Source: Paraphysomonas bandaiensis (lineage: Eukaryota > Protista > Chrysophyceae). Taken from it: DNA of 64,000 nucleotides. Shown one piece after another: positions 51,034 to 63,336 of the stretch. Below the pieces are notes generated by a model. It saw only the letters and a list, made by a program, of their open reading frames with translations. It was not told the origin of the DNA and searched no databases. Both the position numbers and the translations under genes were made by a program. The stretch lies in the NCBI GenBank assembly GCA_965644295.1, contig CBFFRP010000041.1, positions 248,001 to 312,000 on the forward strand, given 5' to 3'. How positions within the stretch are numbered: position 1 is the first letter of the stretch; the number at the start of each line of letters is the position of its first letter.

Positions 51034-52305
51034 ATGAAGTGTTTGTTGTTGTTTTTGTTTCCTGTGTTGTGTGTGTGTATATATGGGGATGGTCGAGTGG
51101 GGCTGTCGCCTGTTATCGGAGTGCCTCATACATTCGCCCAATACATCATCGATAAGTTTAACTCAGATGAGAATGAGAGGATGGCGGAGGCTTTGTCTCG
51201 CACAGGCTCAAAGACTATTGATCGGTGGACGGCGAGCAGCAGTCCGTTTATAACGGGTAACGGGTTCCGTCAGCTGTGCTTCCCTCATGTTATCGATAAG
51301 GCGGGGGGGAGGTGCAATGTGTCTACGGCTATCATGCAGGCTGTTCCGAGTGGTATGTTTATATTGTTATGTGAGATGGAGTGACTTGTAGCTGTTAGGG
51401 AAGTGCCTGTACATAACATCAGACTGTATGGGTAAGGTTATCAATGAATTTCTCCCAACTGTTCGCAATAAGATTACGCTTGTGGTTCACAATGGCGATC
51501 AATCTGTGCCTGACGGCCAGACTGATAAGCAGCTAGGTTGGTGATTGCATTCGTGGCGATAGTCTGTGACTGTTTTGTAGGGTTACAGACGTGGAAGACC
51601 TTACCAACTTTACAGGCCGCTCAAGAAAACGGAAATATATTGGCTGTACACGCACAAAATCTTTGGTGGACCGATTGGCGTACTATTCCGCGGCCTTCCT
51701 GGCTTCATTGTCTTCCGATTGGTTTGGAAAATAGAGGTTGGTCAAAAGGAGGCAATTTGGTCAATTACATCAACATGATTCGGGAGGTAGTTCTAGGTCG
51801 TCCTGCGGACTACCACCTGCATAGTCGTCCTTTGCTTCTAGTTGCCTTCTCCCCCAAAAGAATATCCCCAGACAGGAAGACAGCTCTAGACGCTCTTGCC
51901 CTAAACGCGGCTGGTACCTCTGTTCCCTTCTACAATCGCACTGCCCTCCCACATGGCCATTGGTTGCAGGCTATAGGACTTCACCGGTTTACGCTTTGCC
52001 CCTTCGGGCATGGACTTGACACGCACCGACTGTGGGAAGTTTTACTGATGGGTGGCGTGCCAGTTGTGCGCCGTAGCTCTATAACCTCTTGTCTGGATGA
52101 CTCAGACAACCAGTTAGGAGATGTTATAAGAGGCTCTTTGCCAATTGTGGTTGTAGACTCATGGTCTGATGTCACGAAAGAGTTTTTGGAAACCAAATGG
52201 GTTGAACTAAGTTCACCTCGGGAACCTGGTCGAGAATGGGACTACAGCAGAATTATACTGTCTCACTGGGAGAAGCGTATACTCAGTGGCCACAGAAGAG
52301 TTTAG
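51034..52305 (+). CDS. Exostosin/GT47-like glycosyltransferase with signal peptide; 3 exons
   Basis: PFITGNGFR, LVVHNGDQSVP, LPIGLENR, HRFTLCPFGHGLDTHRLWEVLLMGGVPVV, LPIVVVDSWSDVT; introns at 51353-51398 and ~51537-51580. Confidence 0.85.
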
Positions 52306-52749
52306 AGAAGTAGTACGTAGACACAGATTGATTTTTTAGGGTTAGATTGAAATGTTGATGTTTGTGCGCGCAAATCGGAATCTTTGGGATGAGACTATAG
52401 CTCAGAAAGTTATTCTAAAATTTAGCAATAGAATTAAATTGCAATGCGATTAATTGAATGCTTGATTAATAATTGCAATTACTGTTGTTGGATATCTGTC
52501 ACCATCATTTCCAATTTATTGTTACGCAAGCCTCGCGAGTGCAGTGTAGTAGGTATGTGATTATAATGCCATTACCATGAATGGTTACCAGGCCCTGACG
52601 TAGGTACCACGTATGAATAGCAGTTGATCACTTAGTAGTGATGTTTCAACCAAACTATCGACATGTGTAAAATCACTTCTCCACTAAGAGCGACAGTGAG
52701 TGCACACTTGGTGCTTGCGGTGACGCACATGCAGCTTTCGCACTATCAC

Positions 52750-53400
52750 TCAAAGCAAACGCAGTGAGCAATATGTTCTCGAATGAAGTGATATCGAATT
52801 GCGATATTTTCGTACGGCAATGATGACTGCACCTTTATTATCGCACCAAATAGTTGTGGAGAATGGAAGTTTGAAACCAATTTCTGATAATAAAGAGCGT
52901 AGCCGTACTGACGATAAGGCCATATAGTCTTCAGTAGACGACAGTGCCACTGTTGTCTGTAATCGAGATTGCCATGATATAAGACAATTACCTATGAAAA
53001 ATGTAAAAGCTGTAGAGGACCGTCGAGTGTGGTGACATCGCGTGTTATCCTGACAATGTTATGTGGGATCAATGATTGTATTCATGCAAATCATAATTGA
53101 ATGAGAGCAACATTGGTGAATGAATTGGTTTACAATTAGACATATTGATTTTTTTCAGTAGTTTGGTGACATATTGTTCCTGACTTAGAGTCGTGATATT
53201 CATATCGAAGTCCTGGTGAATGGAAATGCCTAAACAATAATCTAAGAGTCCGAGATCCGTAATTTCGAACTTCTTGGCTAGACAGTTTTTGAAGTCTTGA
53301 ATATCAGTGTCTAATGCAGATGCGATGATAATGTCATCAACAATAATGGCGATGAACATAATCTTGCCATCGATCTGTTTTTTTTAATATACAAGGATCA
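52750..53400 (-). mobile_element. Ty1/Copia pol relic (RT and RNase H fragments)
   Basis: IIVDDIIIAS...FEITDLGLLDYCLGI...LSQEQYV...MSNCKP (RT) and ISWQSRLQTTVALSSTE...IWCDNKGA (RNase H); deleted and frameshifted. Confidence 0.9.
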
Positions 53401-53410
53401 GATATTAGTC

Positions 53411-53658
53411 TTGTTAAAGTTTTTGATCGAGAATTATTATGTTTACACACAATTGCTTTGAGTTCCATGTACTCTTCGGTATACCGTTCAATGTCTGCAG
53501 CTGAATCGGGTCATCGAGTTCAATGAGGCGCGCGGTATGACCATTGTTGTCTACTAGGCCACGGTACGCTGCATACATTGAACGGTATACCAAAGAGTAC
53601 ACGGAATCCAAAGCAATCGTTTGTAGACATATTAATTCTCGACCAAAAGCTTTACCAA
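53411..53658. mobile_element. Foldback element/MITE with ~90-bp inverted arms
   Basis: ttgttaaagtttttgatcgagaatt...ggtataccgttcaatgtctgcagc pairs with gctgcatacattgaacggtatacc...aattctcgaccaaaagctttaccaa around a ~65-nt spacer. Confidence 0.8.
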
Positions 53659-54156
53659 ACAAATCCAGCGAATCAGATCGAGACCTCGATATAGTTAATG
53701 GATCTCAAGATCTCAAGTATCTTCAACAGATGCAATCATTAATTCAGTTCATAATATATTTCACTGAACATTATACTTCACATATACTATCTCATAGGAA
53801 GATTAATCTTAAAATAACTATTGCATAGTATGATATTATTAGAGAAGTCGTAGTTCAACAAGATCGTATTTTATCTATCGATTCTTTCGCAAAGTACAGT
53901 TTGCAAAGATCTCATCACACAATAAACTAATATCCCTTTTAGAAACTACTGTTTTTTCTCATTTTAGTTGAATTTGAATGTGTTTTAGGTAAATAATATA
54001 CATGTGTAGCTGTAGACATTGTAGAAACAATATAAGCACACGAAAATTGAGACTACGAAAAATTACTACACACAAAATGTATTCAATTACACATTACACT
54101 TACTACGCGAAACTAATTGTTTTACAATAACAGAATAGTGACTTGATATATCGGTC

Positions 54157-57100
54157 TCAGTTGTGACCAAATGCACCAGTACCAGCCTGAAGTAACGACT
54201 CTTCTGATGATCTCTTGGAACGTCTTCTCTCGATCTTTGCCAACAGATATCTCTTCTGAAGTCGTCTTCGAACGAAAAACCAAAATATGAGCGCAAAGAA
54301 ACCTATAATAGAAAAGCAGAGAATGAGCGTAACACTATCTCTCTCTGTGTCTGAAGGAATAAATATCGTGTGATGGCAAGTCACAAATCTATCTAGCTCG
54401 TCCGTGTTCCCCTCGTATCCCTCTACACAATCTGTGGTACCAAAAATATACTCTGGGCCTTTCCGCACCAATACATTGCGGTAATTCCACATAGGGTCCT
54501 GCCATGCACCGTCACATTTGTTTCCCGTGGCATCACATATGGTCACATCGTAAGCCATCTTGCACAAGCAAGTGCACTGATTCGGCTGCGTGCAATTGCC
54601 ACGCTTGAATTTTCGACCGTCATACGAATGCACGTCGAAAATATCAACTATGCCACAAGGATCCGATTCGAAAGCTATCACCTTGTCCTCGAATATAGTT
54701 GGCAGCTGCGTCCTTGTGAGCGGGTCCGCAACAACCTCACAAACTGGAGTCCTACAGTCGTAGCCCGTCCACCCTTCGGCACAGGTACAAACTTCAGGGG
54801 CCGTGCAGTTACCCCCATTCGCACAACGGTAGCAACCCTCTCCTGCTGGTGCTTGGGGGAGGTCCGTGCAAAAAGGATCGTAGTATCCCTGTACACACAT
54901 TGGTATCGAACAGTCGGAACCCGTCCATCCCGTTACTCCGCGGGCTGCTTCCGTGTGCGCCATCCATAACACAGAGTCTGTTTGAACACATTCACAGTCA
55001 TCTCGAGAAGCGCATATTCCGCTGTTAAGACAGCTGGTGACCTCTCCGGAGGGCTGAAGGTGTCTGCAAAGGGGTGTGTTACAGTCATAACCCTCATACC
55101 CGTCTGTACATGAGCACAAGTCTGGACCTAAACAAGAGCCCTCATTGTAACATGCATAAATACCCTCTCCAGGTACTTCTGGCCCCTGAACCCATCCCTC
55201 TTCTCCTGGAATACCAATCATGTTCGGGTAGTTGATCCTCACGTGTCGCCCATGTTTGAGACCGTATAAAGTTCCCACGCCCTCGATATCTGACAAACCC
55301 GCATCATCCACATAGTCCCCTTGTATCCACTCTTGTACATTGCACAGAAAGAGGTCCGACGTCAGGTTACTGCGGAAGTTGTAGGAAGAGTACAGAGGGT
55401 CCTTGTCGGTGTAGTACTGTGCTTTTCCATTTCTCCTAGGCGAATGGTATTTGCCGCACAAACGGAAGTTGGCGTCGTCGTCTAAAAAGAATTCGAACTT
55501 TGATATCTCGGATCCTTTACCTGTTGTTAATGTGGGTGCTGCAGAGCAGTAGTATGTGTTTTCCGTTTGAACGGCATCTTCTTCCTCACACACGTAACAG
55601 TCGTATTCGTCGTTGGGATAAGAGAAACAACAGCCGGTGCTTAACACATCGAAACCGCAACCTGTCTGGAAACTCCTGCCATCATTACTGGTAACTTCAA
55701 CATCGAACACCGGACATCTCGGAAGGACATTCCCGCCTTCTACACACTCAAGGAGGTTATCACCTCCATGACCCCCAAGTGTCTGAAAGTTAGCTGTGTC
55801 CGTCCGCTCTGTATTAAGGAGAAACTTTTCGGCTTGCACGCATATAGGAATAGAGCAGTCATAACCAGTCCACCCCGTGTCCTGAGGGTCGCCATTTGGT
55901 TTCCTAAAAAGCGGTCTACCTCCTCCATTCCTACCGTCTCGCTGTTCATTGGGCCATTGTCTACACTGGCATGTATCAGGAGCAACGCACACCCCCCCAT
56001 TTTGACACTCTTGCGCACATATTGGGATCGAGCAGTCAAAACCCTCCCAGCCCTTTTCACAAGTACAAGTTTCTGGGAAAGTACAGTTCCCATTGTGTTG
56101 ACACTCGAAGTGGCATACTGGAGTTCGACAGTCGTATCCCTGCCATCCTTCCGCACAACGGCACTTATTGGGGCCCTCACAAGTACCGTTATTGAAGCAC
56201 CCTCTAACGACTTCGTTCACGCATTCACCACCAGCAGCCACCCAGCGGCCAAGAGAAGTCACTTTGAACACGTCGTACGACACACGCGAGCGAAAGGCCA
56301 AATCAGGATCCTGGACAAAGACATCAAATCGCTCGGATTGCAAATCAAAGTCCTTGCTCGAGTCGGAGCAGTTTCGATCGAACTCCATGATACATGTGCC
56401 ATACTCCCAAATATTATATGTACGATTCCATACTCCAAAGACACGGTACCCTTCGTTGGTGTACATATAAGTGATATTCTCGACATTGGTAACATATATC
56501 CTAGACTTTTGGTGCAGTGGAGGCCACTCCATTCCAGTCCAGTTTGTGTACGTATGACCATCTCGCTCAACTTTTGGGTTCATATAACGCGAGTAATAAT
56601 TGGGATGAGAGTGGACATAATCTCTATTCTCCCAGTCAGTCATGGCTCGAACTGAACACCTGTACCCGCCTTGCTTAGTTTCCACACGATACAAGTTCGT
56701 CCAGTCAGCCGGTCCCAGATATCTCTCTCCTCCATGATCCCGAATTTCCCAACCAATGAAGGACTGGTTATGATATGTTTCCCACTGCATTGTGTAATTA
56801 GGATTGGAATATGGCCACGCCAGGCGGTATGAGTTATTTCCCATAAAGGGTAAAAAGTATCTTAGCTCATCGTCCGTCTCAAGACCACTTACAAATTTGG
56901 TTTGATCTTCAAAGTAATATCCTTGTTCACAAATAGGTGTCCGACAGTCGAATCCCATCCATCCTTCAGCGCACTCGCAAACATCCGGAGCGGTGCAGTT
57001 ACCTCCATTCGCACAGGCGTACACTCCTTGAGACATATTTAACCACTGCACATATGCAATCTGCCGGTCTGGAGTGTATTCCCACGGCCCCGTATGACCC

Positions 57101-60100
57101 TTGGTAGGCGTTTCGTATCCACGCCAAGGGTTCAGCACATTCGATGTATATTTCGCATTGGGGGCATAACGACGGACACCGGTAGTTGTATTGTCGGCAT
57201 ACAACAGTTCGAATGGAAGAATATAGTCGATTGGAAGCTCAATTTGCATACAACGCGTTGGTCGTGTCTTTCGGCCTGTTATTCGCCTCCATTCCCCTCC
57301 GGACGGCAGCTCTATGACTAACCGCTCAATGTCGTCTTGGTAACATTCAAACTCATTCGTAGCATTACACCAGGTCTCAAGGTTACATGGTCTATAAAGT
57401 GGCCAATGTTGTAAATTTGTGCTATACAGATGGTTCGGGAACTGTGTTGGGTTTTTCTTAAAGTATCCCTGAGTGCATACCGGGACGGAGCAATCATAAT
57501 TAATCCACTGGGGAGGACATATACAAGTGTTAGGGGCAACACAGTATCCGCCGTTCATACAGGTCTGTTCACAGACAGGTATGCGGCAGTCATCTCCGGT
57601 CCAGTCCGTGGGACATACACACACATTAGGAGCGGTACAGTTGCCTCCGTTGGCGCACGTTCTGGAGCACACAGGGGTGGTGCAGTTGGTATCGAACCAC
57701 CCATCTGCACAACTGCATGTATCAGGAGCTGAACATGTGCCACCATTGTAGCACTCCTGGATACACTGTGGAACATCACAGTTAGGTCCTTCGTATCCCG
57801 GTTTGCAGGTACAAGTATCTGGCGAAGTGCAGAGCTCATTTTCTGAACACGGGCTGGTGCAGTGAGGGACTGTACAGTCTATACCGGACCAGCCTGGCTG
57901 GCACATACAGGTGTCTTGCTTCACACAAACACCACCATTCTCACATATCTGAGTGCAGACAGCCGAGAGACCACGTATCATGTTGTTGCCAGAGTCAGCA
58001 ATGTAGAGAAAAGTACCATTGGTAATGATGGATTTTATATTGGCTGCAACTCCTTGAGGCTTGTCAAAGAATGCGCCCTGGGCAGGCTGAGAGTCCCCAT
58101 AAGCACATCCGATGTCCAAATGCGCAGTGGGGTGACCAGATATGGTGTGCACCATTACAACAGACACTTCTGTCGGGGCAATACTGAAAATGCGCTCCTC
58201 GTCCGCGCTCATGTCAAGTGACGTGATTCCATTCCTGGTGGTGCTCTTGTTGTAGGCATCTCCTGATCCATGGATGTAGAAGTAACGCTGAAAAGTTACT
58301 CGGATGTACCCACCGACAGCATCATCAATCACACCATCATGGACCGCGGCCCGACACACACTGGAATCATCGGAGTACCACTCATTGCCAGCGATAGGAT
58401 ATGAGGTACCGCTACCACAGCTACTCGGGCAATAAACAATAACCACCCCGCCTTGTTCACTGTCCTCGTTCACATAACTTCTCTCGTCGTCAATTACCAA
58501 GTTGTCCCCAGTCAAATTAAGTGAGCGCTTGTCCAGCTTCTCCACTGGAGGCACGCCTACACAGTTTTTAATGTACTTTCCATGATCCTTATGTGGGTCC
58601 CTCTCATTCGGCCAATCATTAGAATATAAGAAATTAGCCTCAGCATGTGATATCTTTCTTCCAATGTCGTCAAAGGGCATATCGTAACTAACACATCCAG
58701 AGGGACGCATGAGCTCTTTCGCCATAACCTCGCACCCAATCTCCGGAGCAACCAGAGGCATTGGTGTTATACGGCGAACTTTACACGAGGCAGTATCCAC
58801 CACATAAGCAATGTTGTCCTCCGTCACTATAACGCCTGCGGGGTTGAAGAAGGTACTCTCATCCCCCGGCCCATCATCATATCCCTGGAAAGAATTCCCT
58901 GCTACCGTAGATACTCGGCCCATAGACCGGATTGTGTATATCTCAGTCTCAACAGATGGTAACTCAATTAGGCGGATACGATGTTCATCAGCCACATACA
59001 CTGTATTATTCGGACCTCTTGACACGTCCACAGGATTATAGAACTGTGCATATGACAAGTTTCCATCCCTGAAACCTGGAACCCCGATGAGACAGGGTGG
59101 AGGGCATCCACCTACTGGGTTGCCGTCTTCATCTGCAGGACCGTTTGCGATTTCACCAGCAAGGGTATACGTGGTACCGTTATTGAGTACCCATCGAATG
59201 AGCCAGTTCCCTGTATCTGCTACAACTATATTTCCGTTATCGAGGAAAGCAACGCCTTCTGGCGCGGAGAACCTTGCCTCTAGACCCAACCCATCCGCAA
59301 ACCCGGCATAGGGAGTGGCGCGGTACTTAAAGTCAGTGGCAGAGGTCGTATCATTACCACAGAGTCCCGTCAAGCACCTCACCTTACAAGAGTACATATC
59401 TACAGCATCCACTATATCTATACGACGAATCCTGTGGTTTCCAGTGTCAGCTACAACAATGATCTTCGTCAGTGATCCGTTTATGGTGTCATACCGTACG
59501 TCCAGGCCTTTTGGTTGCGAGAACTCTGCTTTGCTACAGTCTCCGTCGGTGAAGCCTGCTTTATTAGGACCCATTCCAGCAATGGTGCTGACTGTGCCAT
59601 TAGGCATCACCATCCGAATCGCATTGTTATCTGTGTCCGCCACGTAGACGATGCCGTACTCGTCCACTGCTACACCCTCCGGGTGAAAGAACCGGGCTTC
59701 CGTAGCGTTTCCGTCTTCAAATCCCGCGTCTCCACTGCCAGCCAGTGTAAACGAAAAGCCCTGTGGATTAAAGCTGGGAGTAATGTCGTTTTCTGGGCTT
59801 ATGGTACAATCCACCCCAGACTCAATGGCTTCGGCACATGTTTTCGGGTACTCCCATAGGTCTACCTTGCCATCATTTGGCCACCTAGGTTGACCATCGT
59901 AAAAGTCGATAATCGTTCTATTGGCCACAGGCCGAGCTACGGCAGGTGCTGAGAATCCGTGACCAAAGCAGCGGACAGTACAATCGGAGAAATTCGTGTT
60001 CGATGGAAGTAGACAGTGGCCGCCGCTAGTTAAGACACAGAAGTGCGTCACACTGGAATTTCCATAGTCTCTGCGATGACCCCCGCCCACTGGCCACGCT

Positions 60101-60536
60101 GTATCTGATATCACGGGGATATTCACAGACATGTTCTCACTGAAAACACCCTGTAGCTGCAGCTGGCAGAGGCCCAGCTCAGAGAGACATTCAATTTCCT
60201 CGCATATGTGGCACTTACTGGTTCCGCCCTGGACCTGACATTCGTGTCTAAAATCTTGCAAGTTTGTGTTAACCCGCCCCTGTACACACGAAACATCACA
60301 TCACACGGCATCACATGGCATCAATCATACACACAGAGACAGACAGTCACTCTCACCTTTGTTTCGAGGGTATCGCCTATGTACTTCTCATAAGCAAAAG
60401 GCCAATTGGGCTGACGGGACATCTCACACCTTAATAGACAGAGACATGAGACGCACACAGATCATCAGGTAGAGAGCTTACGAGTGTCTTGTGCTCCATG
60501 AGCGGTGCTCTCGCAGCGCATTAACAGCAGGGACAT
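54157..60536 (-). CDS. Large single-pass membrane protein: NHL-repeat propeller, LCCL domain, many EGF repeats, C-terminal TM and basic tail (5' exons approximate)
   Basis: 2034-aa ORF plus short upstream exons (...DTR/VRCPVSPNWP...ETK/GRVNTNL). NHL motifs (ARFFHPEGVAVD, VADTGNHRIR), LCCL (YSDDSSVCRAAVHDGVI), many C-NGG-C-AP--C-C--GW-G-DC repeats and TM LILCFSIIGFFALIFWFFV followed by RRR. Confidence 0.9.
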
Positions 60537-61989
60537 CAAACCCAAATGGAGCGATACAAAATATATAAAAATTAACCAATAAACTAATCAGCATTTGGAG
60601 AGCTGCTCGAAACTTGCACGTACTCTACCGGCAGGTTATGAAATGCTATTCATTATAGCGCACAGCGGACATATGTACCGCCCTCACATATACACACTTC
60701 ACTTCCAGAAGAAATTATGCAACAAGTAACCCCTCAAGGTGCTGCTATGGTCATATACGTATACACTCAAATGAAGTAAACTACTCGAAATACAATAGTC
60801 AGATCCGTTGCGTATATTTGTTGGCAGTATACACTGTATTCACATAGTGTATTCTACATTACGATTGGACGGGCTACACAATTATGTCTGCAGATGCATG
60901 CATGGCTGCACGGATGTGTGTGTTCGTGGACTAGGAAGCTGTGTGATATCTTCTTAAGTCCATATCTAGCAATATACAGCCATATATAGTGCGACAAAGA
61001 GTACGTGGCCGACTAACAGTCATTAGAGCTCATGAACACATGAGCAGTTATATTATCGGCCCCATATAAACAGCTCTCTTATTTATTTATGTCCAAACAA
61101 GAGGACATGACGAGTGGTCGTATTCCTCATTGAAATGGATATTGTCCTGAATTGACTGAGAAACAGATTCTTTTATGGTGATATCATTGTAATGATGTTG
61201 TATAATTTACTGTTGAGATCGATCGGATCAGCTATCATTTTCGTATAGCAGAATACATACAAACTCGTAAAGTTGCGTTACAAGATTGACAAAATGTCGT
61301 CTTCAATGTCGCTGGGTATGTTATACCACCAGTTCTCTAGATGCGTCAAGAACCTTAGAATGGATTCGACTTTAACTCGAATAATAGAGGAAGGAAACGT
61401 TGAATGTGTAGAAGTGCGTCTAAAGTAGCCTACTCAAGGACTAGCAGATGATGATTGGTTGATTGGGTGTATAAGATCGTAAAAAGCAAAATTTAAGTTT
61501 AGATATACCACAATAATCACTGCCTCATTCCGAGTGCAAATCAACTGTGCACCAAATCAGTATACTTTGTCAAGCGTGATTTAAACATATAGTTAATTGA
61601 AACCCCGTTAGTATTCTAGTCAAATGTTGGAAAAAAGTATTTATGTAGCAACGAGATCCATTCTTAGAACTGTTGTGACTACAAAGGGCAATGGAAAAAA
61701 GCCTTATGTTATATATGTTTCAATAAGTAAGTGCTACTTGTGCCACTCTGAAACTACTTTGATAGAGAGTGGAACTTCTGTACTTATTATCGTCAACTCC
61801 ATAGTTGAAAAAATGATTATTATAAAGAACTCGAACAATACTTTGTATTAACGTAGTAACTCACCAGTACCTTTCTACGAGGTCTGAAAAGACCAGACAT
61901 AAAATATTACAATATACTGACATTTCTCTCAAACGAATATGCAGTGCATCATGTCTTATCACAAAACACCAAAGCAATAAACTTCGATC

Positions 61990-63336
61990 TCAATTCATTA
62001 AGTCACCCAAAAAGAGTGAGTTATTCCTATTCCAAGCCGTAGGAGGTTCATCGCCCAGACTTTCTTCGTCTGAGTCACTCCTGCAATTTCCTCGAAGTGC
62101 AGATTCAGCCTCTTCCCAGCCACAGTCTATGTCTGTACCTCCCTCTCCGTCCTCCTGAGAGTATACCGACAGAGTGGTAGCTCCAATGCTCTCACCTGTC
62201 ATAGCGGAGTATGAAGAAAGAATTTCGTCAATAATAGCGTTGGGGTTACGCATACTATATACAGGTCTATGGGATCCCGAAGGTTCGATCTCACTCCCTA
62301 TTTGTTCCCACCTCATATGTTGGAGTCTGTTCACAACATACTGTGCCCACTCAGTCGTATTCCTGGGAGGGTGCGAGAACATGACAGGAGGTGGGCGAAA
62401 GAAGCTATCTTGTGAAATGATTCGAGGGGGCGTTAATATTTGGGGCTGCAAGGAAATGGGAGAAATCGTGGGGATATGTGCAGTTTTTCGGAGGTTAGTT
62501 GGGCGCTCTTCTGGAGAGGAATACTGGTCCATAGGTTCCTCCAGGGGACGTTTACTCTTTACGAGCTTCGATCGAATCTCTATTCCAGAAGTAGTCGCAG
62601 GACTCACGTCGGAACAAGTGGGATCTTTGAGTGTATCAGGGGTAACTACCACACAGAAGCATCGACCCTGGTGGCGCATAGACACTTCGTTGATGCGTAC
62701 TTTAAGCTCAGTTCTCCCGGTGGCCCCAATGTACATACAACTGTCTCGTGTCACCTCAAGGATCTCCTGTTTTACAACACTCTCCCCTCCCAAATATTGT
62801 AGTCGAATCTTGATAGGAATAGATCTGTTAGTAATATTCTCACTGTTTTCTCCCACGAGGCCTACCACTATATCAATGCATTTCTGCCTACCTCCCTGGT
62901 CCTTGAACCATACACCAGGAATCTCATCGATATTATTTATCACAAGTCTGTGACGAATAGGCATCATTGAGCTTGTAACTGCATCTATAACGTGAATGTC
63001 ACTGATGATTGGTGTGGCCACCATGACAAACTTTCGCTCTCTATATTGTGAAACACCATTCAAAATTCGGCACCTAATATTCGTCATTCCACTTGATGAA
63101 ATCTTCGTTGACGAGGAATCAGCGATGTCAAGAACATGGTCAGCGTATTCATCCGAGTCAACGCATTTCATCCTTATTTGCAGTGGTACGTCAAGCCCTG
63201 TCTTTAGCCTTCCGGTGTCGGTCGTCAGTGACACCCTTACATCGAACCACTTGTCTAAAAATGGAAACTTTGGCACCTCACTGACTTTCAAATGGTACGT
63301 CTCTCGAAGCGGTAGTGCCATGTTTGTAATATTCAT
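61990..63336 (-). CDS. Uncharacterised protein with two tandem beta-sandwich domains; putative CudA/p53/STAT-fold-like DNA-binding protein
   Basis: 448-aa intronless ORF with two related segments (P..FLDKWFDVRVSL...PLQIRM...RCRILNGVSQYRERKF and PGVWFKDQGG...PIKIRL...KVRINEVSMRHQGRCFCVV...IEIRSK), a basic KSKRP patch and an acidic tail. The fold call is inference. Confidence 0.6.
   Translation of the reverse strand: MNITNMALPLRETYHLKVSEVPKFPFLDKWFDVRVSLTTDTGRLKTGLDVPLQIRMKCVDSDEYADHVLDIADSSSTKISSSGMTNIRCRILNGVSQYRERKFVMVATPIISDIHVIDAVTSSMMPIRHRLVINNIDEIPGVWFKDQGGRQKCIDIVVGLVGENSENITNRSIPIKIRLQYLGGESVVKQEILEVTRDSCMYIGATGRTELKVRINEVSMRHQGRCFCVVVTPDTLKDPTCSDVSPATTSGIEIRSKLVKSKRPLEEPMDQYSSPEERPTNLRKTAHIPTISPISLQPQILTPPRIISQDSFFRPPPVMFSHPPRNTTEWAQYVVNRLQHMRWEQIGSEIEPSGSHRPVYSMRNPNAIIDEILSSYSAMTGESIGATTLSVYSQEDGEGGTDIDCGWEEAESALRGNCRSDSDEESLGDEPPTAWNRNNSLFLGDLMN

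Noticed and set aside
33345-52597. Inward-facing CAGGGCCTGGTAACCATT termini as a 19-kb composite transposon carrying XPD, POP5 and the CDK
   Set aside because: The flanks (ccctatgc versus acgtaggt) are not a target-site duplication; they are more likely independent ends of a second hAT-like family.
54628-59859. Many short antisense or alternative-frame ORFs inside the large genes (also within 3827-8996, 24798-26723, 29739-33116 and 61990-63336)
   Set aside because: Shadow ORFs of real coding sequence with no recognisable motifs.
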